This document shows positions 37,859 through 46,460 of a DNA stretch of 64,000 nt, in pieces. A program made the translations under genes and the position numbers. The stretch spans positions 18,832-82,831 of the forward strand of contig CAJOCL010000010.1 in assembly GCA_905233565.1 (NCBI GenBank). Reading direction: 5' to 3'. Within the stretch, counting starts at the first letter, position 1. Each line of letters opens with the position of its first letter. The DNA is from an uncultured Synergistales bacterium (lineage in GTDB: Bacteria > Synergistota > Synergistia > Synergistales > Aminobacteriaceae). Below the pieces are notes generated by a model. That model saw only the letters and a program-made list of their open reading frames with translations, had not been told where the DNA came from and did not search any database.

Positions 37859-38431
37859 TTACTTCGCCCCCTCTGCTGCCTGTGCCGCTTCAAGTTCTGC
37901 CTTCGCGTCAAGCTGTGTCTGCTCAAGCGTTGTTAATTCCTTCTCGTTAAACTTGCTCAGGTGTATAAAGAACATCTGTACAGCCCTGAGAGTTGCGAGA
38001 ATTAATCCGAAAAGTGCTACGGCATAGAGCCACCACATCGGCCAGTCCATTGCCGGAGAAGTTTCAGCCTTTGCACCGGCAAGCATTTCACCTGCTGACC
38101 ATTTCAGGCACTCGACCGAATGATACGCAAGAAGAGCCATGCACGCAGCAACGATGACATCAACGCATAAATTGATTACTTTGCGCAGTTTCTGCGGCAG
38201 CAGGTCAATAACGACATTGACGCGGAGCATGTTGGCTTTCCTGATCGTGTAGGGAAGCGAAATAAACACGCTCATAATCCACATGAAGCGCGAAAACTCC
38301 TCTGCCCATGTGAGCGACTGGATAAACGGGATCTTCCTGATAACAACCTGAAGCATCATTACACATGCTATCAGTATCAGGAATATGACCATTAAGCACT
38401 CTTCAAAATGCTCATCAAGCCATTTGAACAT
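37859..38431 (-). CDS. dctQ: TRAP transporter small permease (DctQ)
   Basis: 190 aa with four TM helices, immediately upstream of dctM with a 3-nt gap. Confidence 0.75.
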   Translation of the reverse strand: MFKWLDEHFEECLMVIFLILIACVMMLQVVIRKIPFIQSLTWAEEFSRFMWIMSVFISLPYTIRKANMLRVNVVIDLLPQKLRKVINLCVDVIVAACMALLAYHSVECLKWSAGEMLAGAKAETSPAMDWPMWWLYAVALFGLILATLRAVQMFFIHLSKFNEKELTTLEQTQLDAKAELEAAQAAEGAK

Positions 38432-38501
38432 GAAATAAATTCCTCCTGACTAAAAAATTTGTTTAATCCCCGTCATTTTATTGAAGGGATAAAAAACTCT
38501 G

Positions 38502-39431
38502 CTACTCAGCCTGAGACGCTATTAAATCCTTTGAGCGTCCGGCTCTCAGTACATAGCTGTCAAGGCCATGACCGAGCAAATCACTGACTTTTCGGGACAT
38601 TTCCATAACTTTCAGAACGTCAACGCCCGTTGTTATTCCCATTTCGTCAAGCATGTTTATAACGTCTTCTGATGAGATATTTCCTGCTGCTCCGGGAACG
38701 AACGGACAGCCCCCGAGACCTCCGAAAGAGGCATCAAATCTCGTCATTCCTGCCTGCATTGCCGCGAGTATATTCGCCATTGCCGCGCCTCTGGTGTTAT
38801 GGAAATGCAGCCACCATGAAGCCTGCGGGTATTTTTCGCGTACGTGCTTGCATAAGTCATAAACCTGATTCGGAACTGCCTGACCTGAAGCGTCAGAAAG
38901 CGAAATTTCATCAATACCGACCTTCAAATATGCCTCGATTATCGCGTCAACGTCTTCAACCGGAGTTCTGCCCTCCCAAGGGGACGCGAAAGGCATTGAA
39001 ATTGATCCTGAAATCGCTATGTTATTCTCATTCGCCATTTTCACGCAGTCGGCAAAACCTGCAACGCTCTCTTCAGGAGTCCTGTTCAAGTTTTTAAGAT
39101 TGTGCATACGGCTTGCGGAGACGTTTAATTTTACTTTTTTGCATCCGCAGTCTATAGCTCTCTGAACGCCTCTTGTATTAGGGATTAAGGCTCTGAGTTC
39201 GACATCTTCGGGAATTTCGCCAATTCTCTTGAAGATTTCGTCAGTATCTGCCATTTGAGGGACTTTTTTCGGGTGCATGAACGAGCCTACTTCGATAACC
39301 TTGTAACCTGCATCAATAAAGCCCCTCAATAACGCTAACTTCTCATCTGTTGACGGAATTACTTTTTCATTCTGGAGGCCGTCCCTGAGACCGACTTCAC
39401 AAATTGAAACTTTTTCCGGTAAATTCATCAT
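38502..39431 (-). CDS. HMG-CoA lyase-like (HMGL/pyruvate carboxyltransferase family) protein
   Basis: 309 aa. VSICEVGLRDGLQNE, HFHNTRGAAMANILAA and FDASFGGLGGCPFVPGAAGNISSED are the DRE-TIM metallolyase motifs of HMG-CoA lyase. Confidence 0.75.
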   Translation of the reverse strand: MMNLPEKVSICEVGLRDGLQNEKVIPSTDEKLALLRGFIDAGYKVIEVGSFMHPKKVPQMADTDEIFKRIGEIPEDVELRALIPNTRGVQRAIDCGCKKVKLNVSASRMHNLKNLNRTPEESVAGFADCVKMANENNIAISGSISMPFASPWEGRTPVEDVDAIIEAYLKVGIDEISLSDASGQAVPNQVYDLCKHVREKYPQASWWLHFHNTRGAAMANILAAMQAGMTRFDASFGGLGGCPFVPGAAGNISSEDVINMLDEMGITTGVDVLKVMEMSRKVSDLLGHGLDSYVLRAGRSKDLIASQAE

Positions 39432-39434
39432 CTT

Positions 39435-40226
39435 TTATGCTCCTGCCTGTGCATTGTGTATCTTAGTCAGCATGTCTTTCAACTCGCCGACCTGAATCTG
39501 ACCCGGTGCGCTGACCTGTCCTGCTGCCCCGAACGTCATACACGAGCCGGAAAGTTCACAGGCTACCCTGCTCATCATTCCAAGAGGCCCCATTGAAATT
39601 GTCAGAAACGGCCTGTCAGCATCATTTCCGAACTCAACCGAAGCTGAAATGACCGTTAAAACGTCTTCTTTTGATTTCGGCATTACTGCGGCTTTCGGAA
39701 TGTCAGCGCCTGAAAACTTCTGATTTTTGAGAGTTGTTACTATTTCAGATTTTGACGGCGTTGCAGAAAAATTATGACGTGAACCGACAACAAGGCAGCC
39801 TGTTTTGTGAATGTCATCTGTTAATTTCACGGAAACGTCAGAGGCTTTCCCGTTCCAGTCAGTATTTCCCCAGAACATTTCAACGTCTACAAGATCAGCA
39901 TCACCGCTTTTTGAAACAGCCAGATTTGCCGCTGAGTAATCCCCGAATGACGGCGCAACTTCACCGCCTTCAGGTTTCGTCCTAATCGTGAACAGTATCG
40001 GAATATCTTTCAGCACACCGCGCAAAGCCTTCAATGTCTCAAGAAGTTTAGGGGTGTTGAACAAATCCTCGTAGAAATCCGCTCTCCATTCGACCAGATC
40101 CGCAGGAAGCCCCGTAATCTCTTCAGCCTTAGAAAGAATATCAGCCTTAGTTTTTGCGACTATCGGTACTATTGTCTTCGGGACACCTGCGCCGAGTTCT
40201 ACATTTCTGATTTTTAATGCTTTCAT
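39435..40226 (-). CDS. aroD: Type I 3-dehydroquinate dehydratase
   Basis: 263 aa. PKTIVPIVAKT, DLVEWRADFYEDL, VVGSRHNFSATP and PKAAVMPKSKEDVL (Schiff-base Lys context) match type I AroD. Confidence 0.85.
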   Translation of the reverse strand: MKALKIRNVELGAGVPKTIVPIVAKTKADILSKAEEITGLPADLVEWRADFYEDLFNTPKLLETLKALRGVLKDIPILFTIRTKPEGGEVAPSFGDYSAANLAVSKSGDADLVDVEMFWGNTDWNGKASDVSVKLTDDIHKTGCLVVGSRHNFSATPSKSEIVTTLKNQKFSGADIPKAAVMPKSKEDVLTVISASVEFGNDADRPFLTISMGPLGMMSRVACELSGSCMTFGAAGQVSAPGQIQVGELKDMLTKIHNAQAGA

Positions 40227-40236
40227 GGCCTTAATC

Positions 40237-41076
40237 TTATTTTATGCCGTTTTCAGCAAAGTATTTCTTTGCAACGTCAAGGCACTGTTTCGCGTGGCCT
40301 GCAACTCCGCGAGCTTTAATTTCCTTCAGGTTCGGAAGCTCAATCGACAGCGGAATTTCGGGCATTGCTTTGACCATGTCAGCGATTGCCATTACGCCCT
40401 CACCCGGATACATTCTGCCTTCACGGGCGGTGAACAGCATCAGGTCATCTTTGATATTGTCGAGTACGGGATCGCCGTCAGGGCCTGCGGGGCCGTCGCA
40501 AAGGTGAATGAAGTTGAAATATTTTCGCGGTGTCCTTGCAAGTTCCGCGCCCGTAACTCCTGCGCGTCCTGCGTGCAGCGTGTCGACCATTACGAAAACG
40601 TTATCGCGTCCCAAGTCGTCAACAAGCGTAATATCTTCCTGTAAATTCCTTACGCCCGCCCAAGGCAGAAATTCAATGTTGAATTTTAATCCGAACTCTT
40701 TGGCCATGTCAGCAACTTTTCCTGCCGTATCGGTATACCATGCTCTGTCGCGTGTCCAGACTGAGCCGAGAACGTCAGTAGCTCCGAGCTTTGCGGCTGC
40801 CTCAAATGCCGGCTTGTATTCGGCGATGTCCAAATCTTTGCGGATACGTGCAAGTTCAATATCCATAAGGGGCATGTCGTACTCTTTCAGGGCTTTTTTG
40901 ATTGCCTCGAAAAGTTCGGGATCGTCCTGCGGAAGGAATGAGGGTTCACCGGGAAGGTGCATCGGTATTGTTCTGAGACTTACGAAATCGTAACCGGCTT
41001 CTTTTGCGATTTTAATCTGATCCATCGGGTTTGTTCCCGGAATTGTCAGATATGCCAATGAAAACTTGCGTGCCAT
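40237..41076 (-). CDS. Xylose-isomerase-like TIM-barrel protein, candidate 3-dehydroshikimate dehydratase (AsbF/QuiC-like)
   Basis: 279-aa sugar-phosphate isomerase/epimerase-type sequence. The function is suggested only by its position between aroD and a shikimate/quinate dehydrogenase gene. Confidence 0.5.
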   Translation of the reverse strand: MARKFSLAYLTIPGTNPMDQIKIAKEAGYDFVSLRTIPMHLPGEPSFLPQDDPELFEAIKKALKEYDMPLMDIELARIRKDLDIAEYKPAFEAAAKLGATDVLGSVWTRDRAWYTDTAGKVADMAKEFGLKFNIEFLPWAGVRNLQEDITLVDDLGRDNVFVMVDTLHAGRAGVTGAELARTPRKYFNFIHLCDGPAGPDGDPVLDNIKDDLMLFTAREGRMYPGEGVMAIADMVKAMPEIPLSIELPNLKEIKARGVAGHAKQCLDVAKKYFAENGIK

Positions 41077-41167
41077 AAAAAAACTGCTCCTTTCAAATTA
41101 ATTAATTAAATATGATATGAACAAATTTAACCGCCCATGTGATAGCGGCGGTATAATTTCGGAATTA

Positions 41168-42046
41168 CTACTTGCCTTCTTTTTCCTTCATGATTGTTTC
41201 GAGGGTCTGACGCATTACATCAAGCGGAACAGCCTTTCCGCCCGTCCATAACTGAATCTGCCTGAGTCCCTGATAAAGCGACATCCCAAGACCGTTAATC
41301 GTCGTGCAGCCTACTTCAGCGGCTTCTTTAAGGAAACGTGTAGTGGCCGGGTTGTAAGTTGCGTCAAAGCAGATGTGAGAGGGCTTCAGGAATTTCTTGT
41401 CAACGCATGTATATTCTTCTTTGCCCTTCATGCCGAGACCTGAGAGGTTGAGGATAATATCAGTCTCATCAAGAGCCTTTGCGATTCCTGCCTCGTCAGC
41501 TGCTCTTACGGGAACGCAGACACCGGGATAGAATTTGTTGATTTCCGCGCTGAGTGTCTCGCATTTTTCTGAACGTGAGGAGATGTAGATTTTCTTTGCG
41601 CCTTCCTCTGCAAGTTCAAGACATACGCTCCTGCCCGTACCGCCTGCACCGAATGAGAACATTACTTTTCCCTTGATTGTGCAGCCGTGTTCTTTGATGT
41701 CACGCAATGCGCCGTAACCGTCAGTGTTGTAGCCGACGAGCTTTCCGCCTTCGGTCTTTACGACAGTGTTTGAAGATCCGATTTTCTTGCAGAGGGGATC
41801 GAGGTCGTCAAGATACTGCATGACGGCTTCTTTGTTGGGCTTAGTTACCGCGCAGCCCAAGAATGTAGGCATGTAGCGGATACCGTCAATGATTTCCTTG
41901 AGGTGTGTGCTGTCTGCCTCGCAGTAGCAATAGACCATGTTGAAACCTGCTGCCTGATAAGCTGAGTTCTGCATTCTTGCCGCAAATGACTGGCTCAGCG
42001 GTGTACCGATGAGTGCAATGAGTCTGCTGTTAATATCAATCTGCAT
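41168..42046 (-). CDS. Shikimate/quinate 5-dehydrogenase (AroE/YdiB family)
   Basis: ORF track 41168..42067. ATG 42046 is preferred because AGGAG lies upstream. LIGTPLSQSFAARMQN, GCAVTKPNK, NTVV...GYNTDGYG and FGAGGTGRS match the family. Confidence 0.85.
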   Translation of the reverse strand: MQIDINSRLIALIGTPLSQSFAARMQNSAYQAAGFNMVYCYCEADSTHLKEIIDGIRYMPTFLGCAVTKPNKEAVMQYLDDLDPLCKKIGSSNTVVKTEGGKLVGYNTDGYGALRDIKEHGCTIKGKVMFSFGAGGTGRSVCLELAEEGAKKIYISSRSEKCETLSAEINKFYPGVCVPVRAADEAGIAKALDETDIILNLSGLGMKGKEEYTCVDKKFLKPSHICFDATYNPATTRFLKEAAEVGCTTINGLGMSLYQGLRQIQLWTGGKAVPLDVMRQTLETIMKEKEGK

Positions 42047-42171
42047 ACTATAAAACGCTCCTGACATATAAAATTTTAATGAAATACATTATTGAACGTG
42101 ATAATTTTATTCACATTGCCGTTATATTGCAAACATAATTTTACTGGTATTGCAGAGAAAAAATATACATA

Positions 42172-42200
42172 TTGATTTACTATAAATTTCGTGGCATAAT
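42172..42200 (+). promoter_or_regulatory. Sigma-70-like promoter candidate for the cysK leader
   Basis: TTGATT (42172-42177), a 17-nt spacer, then CATAAT (42195-42200). Confidence 0.5.
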
Positions 42201-42235
42201 TCACTTTAATAAAATTCTAACGAGGTGAAAACAGT

Positions 42236-42307
42236 ATGCGAGATTCAATAAAATTCAATGCCATTCATGAGGTCGTATGCTGTTGTTGCCGCTTCCCGGT
42301 CATCTGA
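42236..42307 (+). promoter_or_regulatory. 23-codon leader ORF with four consecutive Cys codons (candidate cysteine attenuation leader peptide)
   Basis: GAGGTGA lies at 42222-42228. ATG 42236 opens MRDSIKFNAIHEVVCCCCRFPVI-stop (tgc tgt tgt tgc). The ORF ends 112 nt upstream of the cysK ATG and is absent from the ORF track because of its size. Confidence 0.55.
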
Positions 42308-42419
42308 AACTTTCACTGTAAACTTTTACGCGCAATTTAATTTTACCGTTAAAGTCCCTGATTCTATTTCAGGCTGAATATTTGTTCATATACACAAGAA
42401 AAAAGGAGAGATTTATACT

Positions 42420-43352
42420 ATGTCAAAGATTTATACGTCAATTGACCAGTTAATCGGACACACACCGCTTCTTGAATTAACAAGGATTGAAAAGCATTTC
42501 GGGCTTAACGCGAAAATACTCGCTAAACTTGAATACTTCAACCCGGCCGGAAGCGTGAAAGACAGAATCGCAAAGGCAATGATTGACGATGCCGAATCAT
42601 CAGGAAAGTTAAAGCCCGGCAGCGTCATAATTGAACCGACAAGCGGAAATACAGGGATCGGGTTATGCTCAGTCGCAGCGTCAAGGGGCTACAGGGTAAT
42701 AATCGTTATGCCTGAGACAATGTCGGTTGAACGCCGTAAATTAATGAAGGCTTACGGTGCTGAACTTGTCCTGACTGAAGGTAAAAAAGGAATGAGGGGA
42801 GCAATCGAAAAAGCGTCAGAGATTGCAACAGAAATTCCAAAAAGTTTCATAGCCGGACAGTTCGTTAATCCTTCAAATCCTCAAATTCACAGGCTCACGA
42901 CGGGGCCGGAAATCTGGCAGGACACTGACGGAAAAGTTGACATTTTCATAGCAGGAGTCGGAACCGGCGGAACTTTGACGGGTACGGGCGAATATCTGCG
43001 ATCCGTAAAGCCTGATATAAAGATTATCGCCGTTGAACCTTCAGGGTCTCCCGTACTTTCTGCGGGACGTTCAGGAACACACAAAATTCAGGGAATCGGA
43101 GCGGGTTTCGTTCCTGATGTTCTGAACACGAGGATATATGACGAGGTTTTCACGGTTAATGATGATGACGCTATAGAAACGGGAAAATTAACGGGAAAAC
43201 TCGAAGGATTCTTAACAGGCATATCATCGGGAGCTGCGTTATATGCTGCGATCGAGACGGCAAAAAAAGCTGAAAATACCGGGAAAAATATAGCCGTAAT
43301 TCTTCCTGATACGGGTGAACGTTACCTTTCTACTGCACTTTTCACGGATTAG
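42420..43352 (+). CDS. cysK: Cysteine synthase A (O-acetylserine sulfhydrylase)
   Basis: 310 aa. IGHTPLLEL, FNPAGSVKDRIA (PLP Lys), EPTSGNTGIGL and GVGTGGTLTG match CysK. Confidence 0.9.
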   Translation: MSKIYTSIDQLIGHTPLLELTRIEKHFGLNAKILAKLEYFNPAGSVKDRIAKAMIDDAESSGKLKPGSVIIEPTSGNTGIGLCSVAASRGYRVIIVMPETMSVERRKLMKAYGAELVLTEGKKGMRGAIEKASEIATEIPKSFIAGQFVNPSNPQIHRLTTGPEIWQDTDGKVDIFIAGVGTGGTLTGTGEYLRSVKPDIKIIAVEPSGSPVLSAGRSGTHKIQGIGAGFVPDVLNTRIYDEVFTVNDDDAIETGKLTGKLEGFLTGISSGAALYAAIETAKKAENTGKNIAVILPDTGERYLSTALFTD

Positions 43353-43355
43353 GCC

Positions 43356-44066
43356 ATGAATATAGACGAGGCACTGAAAAAATCTGAAACAGAATTAACC
43401 GTTCTTAATACAGATAACGGAACTGATTACAACGGCCTGAGAGAGTGCGTTGAATGTGCATTCAGGAGCATTCAGGCCGCAATGTTCCCTTCACATGTGA
43501 ACCCTGAAAGAAAGAATATTGCTGAAAACCTGCGTATTGCGTCAGAAAAGTTACAGTCAGCAATTTCAAAAGAATCAACGACCATGTTAATATCAAAACT
43601 GCCTGCTATCAGACGGGTATTATGGACGGATATTACTGCGGCATATCGCGGAGACCCGGCAGCAAAAAATACAGATGAGATAATTCTTTCTTATCCTGCG
43701 TTTACGGCGATAAGTGCCTACAGGGTAGCTCATGAGCTTTATATTATGGGAGTGCCGTTAGTGCCGCGAATAATAACGGAATATGCACACAGCCTTACGG
43801 GTATAGATATTCATCCGGGCGCGTCAATAGGCGAATACTTTTTCATAGATCACGGCACCGGCGTGGTAATCGGCGAAACTTCAACGATAGGCAGCAGAGT
43901 GAAAATATACCAGAATGTTACGATAGGTGCAAAGAGTTTTGATGTTGCTGATGACGGTTCACTGGTCAAGGGGATTAAGAGACACCCTGACATCGGGAAT
44001 GACGTTGTAATTTACGCAGGTGCTACGATCTTGGGAGGCCAGACGGTTATTTTGTCCCTCCGGTGA
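43356..44066 (+). CDS. cysE: Serine O-acetyltransferase, possibly C-terminally truncated
   Basis: 236 aa. [43 protein letters not shown] and [19 protein letters not shown] are SAT left-handed beta-helix motifs. The ORF stops 11 residues after GATILGG. Confidence 0.75.
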   Translation: MNIDEALKKSETELTVLNTDNGTDYNGLRECVECAFRSIQAAMFPSHVNPERKNIAENLRIASEKLQSAISKESTTMLISKLPAIRRVLWTDITAAYRGDPAAKNTDEIILSYPAFTAISAYRVAHELYIMGVPLVPRIITEYAHSLTGIDIHPGASIGEYFFIDHGTGVVIGETSTIGSRVKIYQNVTIGAKSFDVADDGSLVKGIKRHPDIGNDVVIYAGATILGGQTVILSLR

Positions 44067-44120
44067 ATTACCCCCGCTTATGCCTACGGAGTACCAGCGA
44101 CAGAAGCGGGAGTCTTCCTG

Positions 44121-44489
44121 CTATTTAGGCGGCAGGACTTCGAGCCAGTAACCGTCCGGGTCTTGGATAAAGTAAATTCCCATGTCGTGATTTTCAAAGC
44201 AGATGCAGCCCATTTCTGAGTGAAGTTTGTGGGCTGCCTCGAAATCATCAGCCTCAAAAGCCAGATGAAACTCTTCTTCGCCGATGTCGTATTTCTGAGG
44301 GTGTCCGGCAAGCCAAGTCAGTTCCAGCTCAAAATCTGCCTCATCGTTGCCGATGTAGACGATAATATATGAGCCGTCGGGGGCTTCTTTCCGCCTTTTT
44401 TCAGTGAGGCCGAGTGCCTTGTTGTAGAAGTCAAGCGAGCGGCTGATGTCCTGAACGTTATAATTCTCGTGGATCATCTTGAACTTCAT
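44121..44489 (-). CDS. Glyoxalase I / VOC-family protein
   Basis: The ORF track starts at 44561. ATG 44489 has AGGAGG upstream and gives MKFKMIHENYNVQDISRSLDFYNKALGL...HLAFE...YFIQDPDGYWLEVL, typical of lactoylglutathione lyase. Confidence 0.75.
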   Translation of the reverse strand: MKFKMIHENYNVQDISRSLDFYNKALGLTEKRRKEAPDGSYIIVYIGNDEADFELELTWLAGHPQKYDIGEEEFHLAFEADDFEAAHKLHSEMGCICFENHDMGIYFIQDPDGYWLEVLPPK

Positions 44490-44575
44490 GGTAAAAAATT
44501 CCTCCTGTTTTGATGTGATTTTGTGGTAAGAATATTTTACACTATGAGGCAAGATTAGCATGAAATATTAATAAA

Positions 44576-45070
44576 TCATCTGGATCTCTGTCTAGTCTCT
44601 GAAATTCTAATCCTCCCTTCAGTCGTAGCAATAATAACATCGCATTCACCATCAGCCCCTATTACAGTTATTGTGCCTCCGGCATTAAAACGCTTATTAC
44701 GAGCATTATATGTACCTTTTTTATTTGCAAGTTTATTTTCATATGAACACCCTACTGTGGGTTCTAATTTCGATTTCGGGTATTTATCTCCCCAGCTTAT
44801 AGTTACAACAACTTGACCTGTTTCAACAATGGGACCTACTTCAATATCAAAATTCATATGTCTGCGGTCTGCAGCATCCTTCATACTACTAAGGAACATT
44901 TGGAGACGCTCAGCCTCACGCTTAGCGGTCTGCTTTGCTATTTCAGGGCTGAAAGTCATAACTGAGGCCATAATTCCAAGAATGAGAATTACTACAGCCA
45001 TTTCAACAATTGTAAAACCTTTGCGCTTTTCCACTGAAAAAAGATTATTATTTTCCATGTCCCACGACAC
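44576..45070 (-). CDS. Type IV pilin / pseudopilin with prepilin cleavage-methylation motif (GspH/FimT-like)
   Basis: KRKG|FTIVEMAVVILILGIMASV is the class III signal (G-F-T-x-x-E, Glu at +5) followed by the hydrophobic helix. The protein is at most 164 aa; the internal ATG 45058 is also possible. Confidence 0.8.
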   Translation of the reverse strand: MSWDMENNNLFSVEKRKGFTIVEMAVVILILGIMASVMTFSPEIAKQTAKREAERLQMFLSSMKDAADRRHMNFDIEVGPIVETGQVVVTISWGDKYPKSKLEPTVGCSYENKLANKKGTYNARNKRFNAGGTITVIGADGECDVIIATTEGRIRISETRQRSR

Positions 45071-46460
45071 CTCCCTTCATGAGCAGAATATCTTTAACCC
45101 TCAAAACAAGTTTGAATACCGTTCTTTGTAACTGATCCTTCTGGGATACAGGCAACATAACGCTGTCAAAAAGTCCGCTTTCTTTCAGGCCTTCCGTCAT
45201 TTTTATGATTGCCCCGTCGTCCAGTGATTTCCCGTCAACAACTACATTAACACCGCCTAAAGGACCGATGACAAAATCAGCGTTGTCGAATTTTACTCCT
45301 TCCGGCTGATTTACTTCAAGAGCGTTCATTATTTCAAGGACGGGTATATCACCCTTCAGAAAGTCTATAATCTTTTCTGTATGCTGTCTCTTCTGTTCAA
45401 GTTCCGCATTTTCGCGCTCAAGAGCCTGCCTGCGTATTGTCAAAGCACTTACATTCTCGCGCATATCCTCAATACTTGCGTTGAGATTCCGCATCGTCAT
45501 GAAGGCATATGATATTGTGCCTAATGATGTCATCATAAAACCGGCCAGAAGTCCCCACAAAATCAGCCTGTTAGGATTAAATGAATATCTCCGCCGTTCA
45601 AGCTCTATATACTCGGGCGGTCTTAAATCGAGTCCGTTTTCGGGAGATTCCCTCATTGCCAGGCCAAGCGATGAATAATACGGGTCTGTTATGTTTACTA
45701 TTCCCATCCCTGAGTCCGTGCTTATCTGGAAATCAAGGCCGGCGAGTACTATTTTGTTGATTTCCACGCCCCTGTACTGAGTGCTTATGAACTGTATTGT
45801 ATTCAGTATGTCCTGAAAGTTGCTGAGATTGTTTACAGTCCTGTAGAAAATTCCCCAGCCTTCCCAAGTTGCAATAATATTGTGTTTGTCGGCGAATACG
45901 CAAAGCCCGCTTTGAGCTTCCGGGATTGCCCTTATTGCAGCGAAGTTTGAAGGTTCGATTGATCCGGCAGGGATACCGGTTCTTTTCGATATGTCAAGAA
46001 TTTTATCAACGAGTGATTTTCTTGCCGTTGCAGCGAGTACTGAGACTTTATCTTTGTCGTTTGCGTCGGCAGGTGTCTTTATCACTACGGCATCAAAGAC
46101 AGTATCATTTCTTGAGGTGAAATATTCCTCAAAATTAAGATCAATGGTGCTGCGAATATCTTCAATGCTCATTCTCGGAAAACTGATCGGCCTTCTCAGC
46201 ATTGCATCGCCCGGAGGCAGGCCGATAGTTACAGGCTGCCTTATTCTGCCTGTTTTTTTAACAAGGGCTGAAAAGCCGTTTTCAAGTGCGCTGAAATCCT
46301 TAATACTTCCGTTTACTACACAGCCCTCAGGGAGTGCTGACGCTTCCTGACGCGTTACGGTTCCGTTTTCGTCAATCTCAGTGAAATATAAAAATTCATC
46401 GGTTATTGCAAGTCCTGAATAATTTTTCTGTAATATTTTTTTTCCTGCACCGAACGGCAT
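45048..46460 (-). CDS. Type IV pilus assembly protein, PilM-PilN-PilO-like fusion
   Basis: 470 aa. The N-terminal ~290 aa is PilM-like (actin-like ATPase fold: ITDEFLYFTEID, GLPPGDAMLRRPISFPRMSIEDIRSTIDLNFEEYF). Then come LDLRPPEY, a TM helix (LILWGLLAGFMMTSLGTISYAF) and a coiled coil as in PilN, followed by a ~100-aa C-terminal domain. Confidence 0.7.
   Translation of the reverse strand: MPFGAGKKILQKNYSGLAITDEFLYFTEIDENGTVTRQEASALPEGCVVNGSIKDFSALENGFSALVKKTGRIRQPVTIGLPPGDAMLRRPISFPRMSIEDIRSTIDLNFEEYFTSRNDTVFDAVVIKTPADANDKDKVSVLAATARKSLVDKILDISKRTGIPAGSIEPSNFAAIRAIPEAQSGLCVFADKHNIIATWEGWGIFYRTVNNLSNFQDILNTIQFISTQYRGVEINKIVLAGLDFQISTDSGMGIVNITDPYYSSLGLAMRESPENGLDLRPPEYIELERRRYSFNPNRLILWGLLAGFMMTSLGTISYAFMTMRNLNASIEDMRENVSALTIRRQALERENAELEQKRQHTEKIIDFLKGDIPVLEIMNALEVNQPEGVKFDNADFVIGPLGGVNVVVDGKSLDDGAIIKMTEGLKESGLFDSVMLPVSQKDQLQRTVFKLVLRVKDILLMKGGVVGHGK

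Noticed and set aside
40225-40993. Three plus-strand ORFs (139, 87 and 161 aa) opposite the TIM-barrel gene.
   Set aside because: These are antisense shadows of a well-supported minus-strand CDS. They are Ser/Arg/Pro-rich with no motifs or ribosome-binding sites.
42097-42115. GTGA-N9-TCACA inverted repeat upstream of the shikimate-dehydrogenase-like operon, considered as a CRP/FNR-type site.
   Set aside because: The spacer is 9 nt rather than the 6 nt of the TGTGA-N6-TCACA consensus, and the arms are only 4-5 bp. It could occur by chance in AT-rich DNA.
44067-44125. Two imperfect hairpins (CCCGCTT...AAGCGGG and AGTCTTCCTGC...GCGGCAGGACT) between cysE and the glyoxalase gene, considered as terminators or a small RNA.
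   Set aside because: Neither is followed by a T-tract on either strand, and the loops are long. They may reflect the sequence disturbance at the truncated cysE end rather than a functional element.
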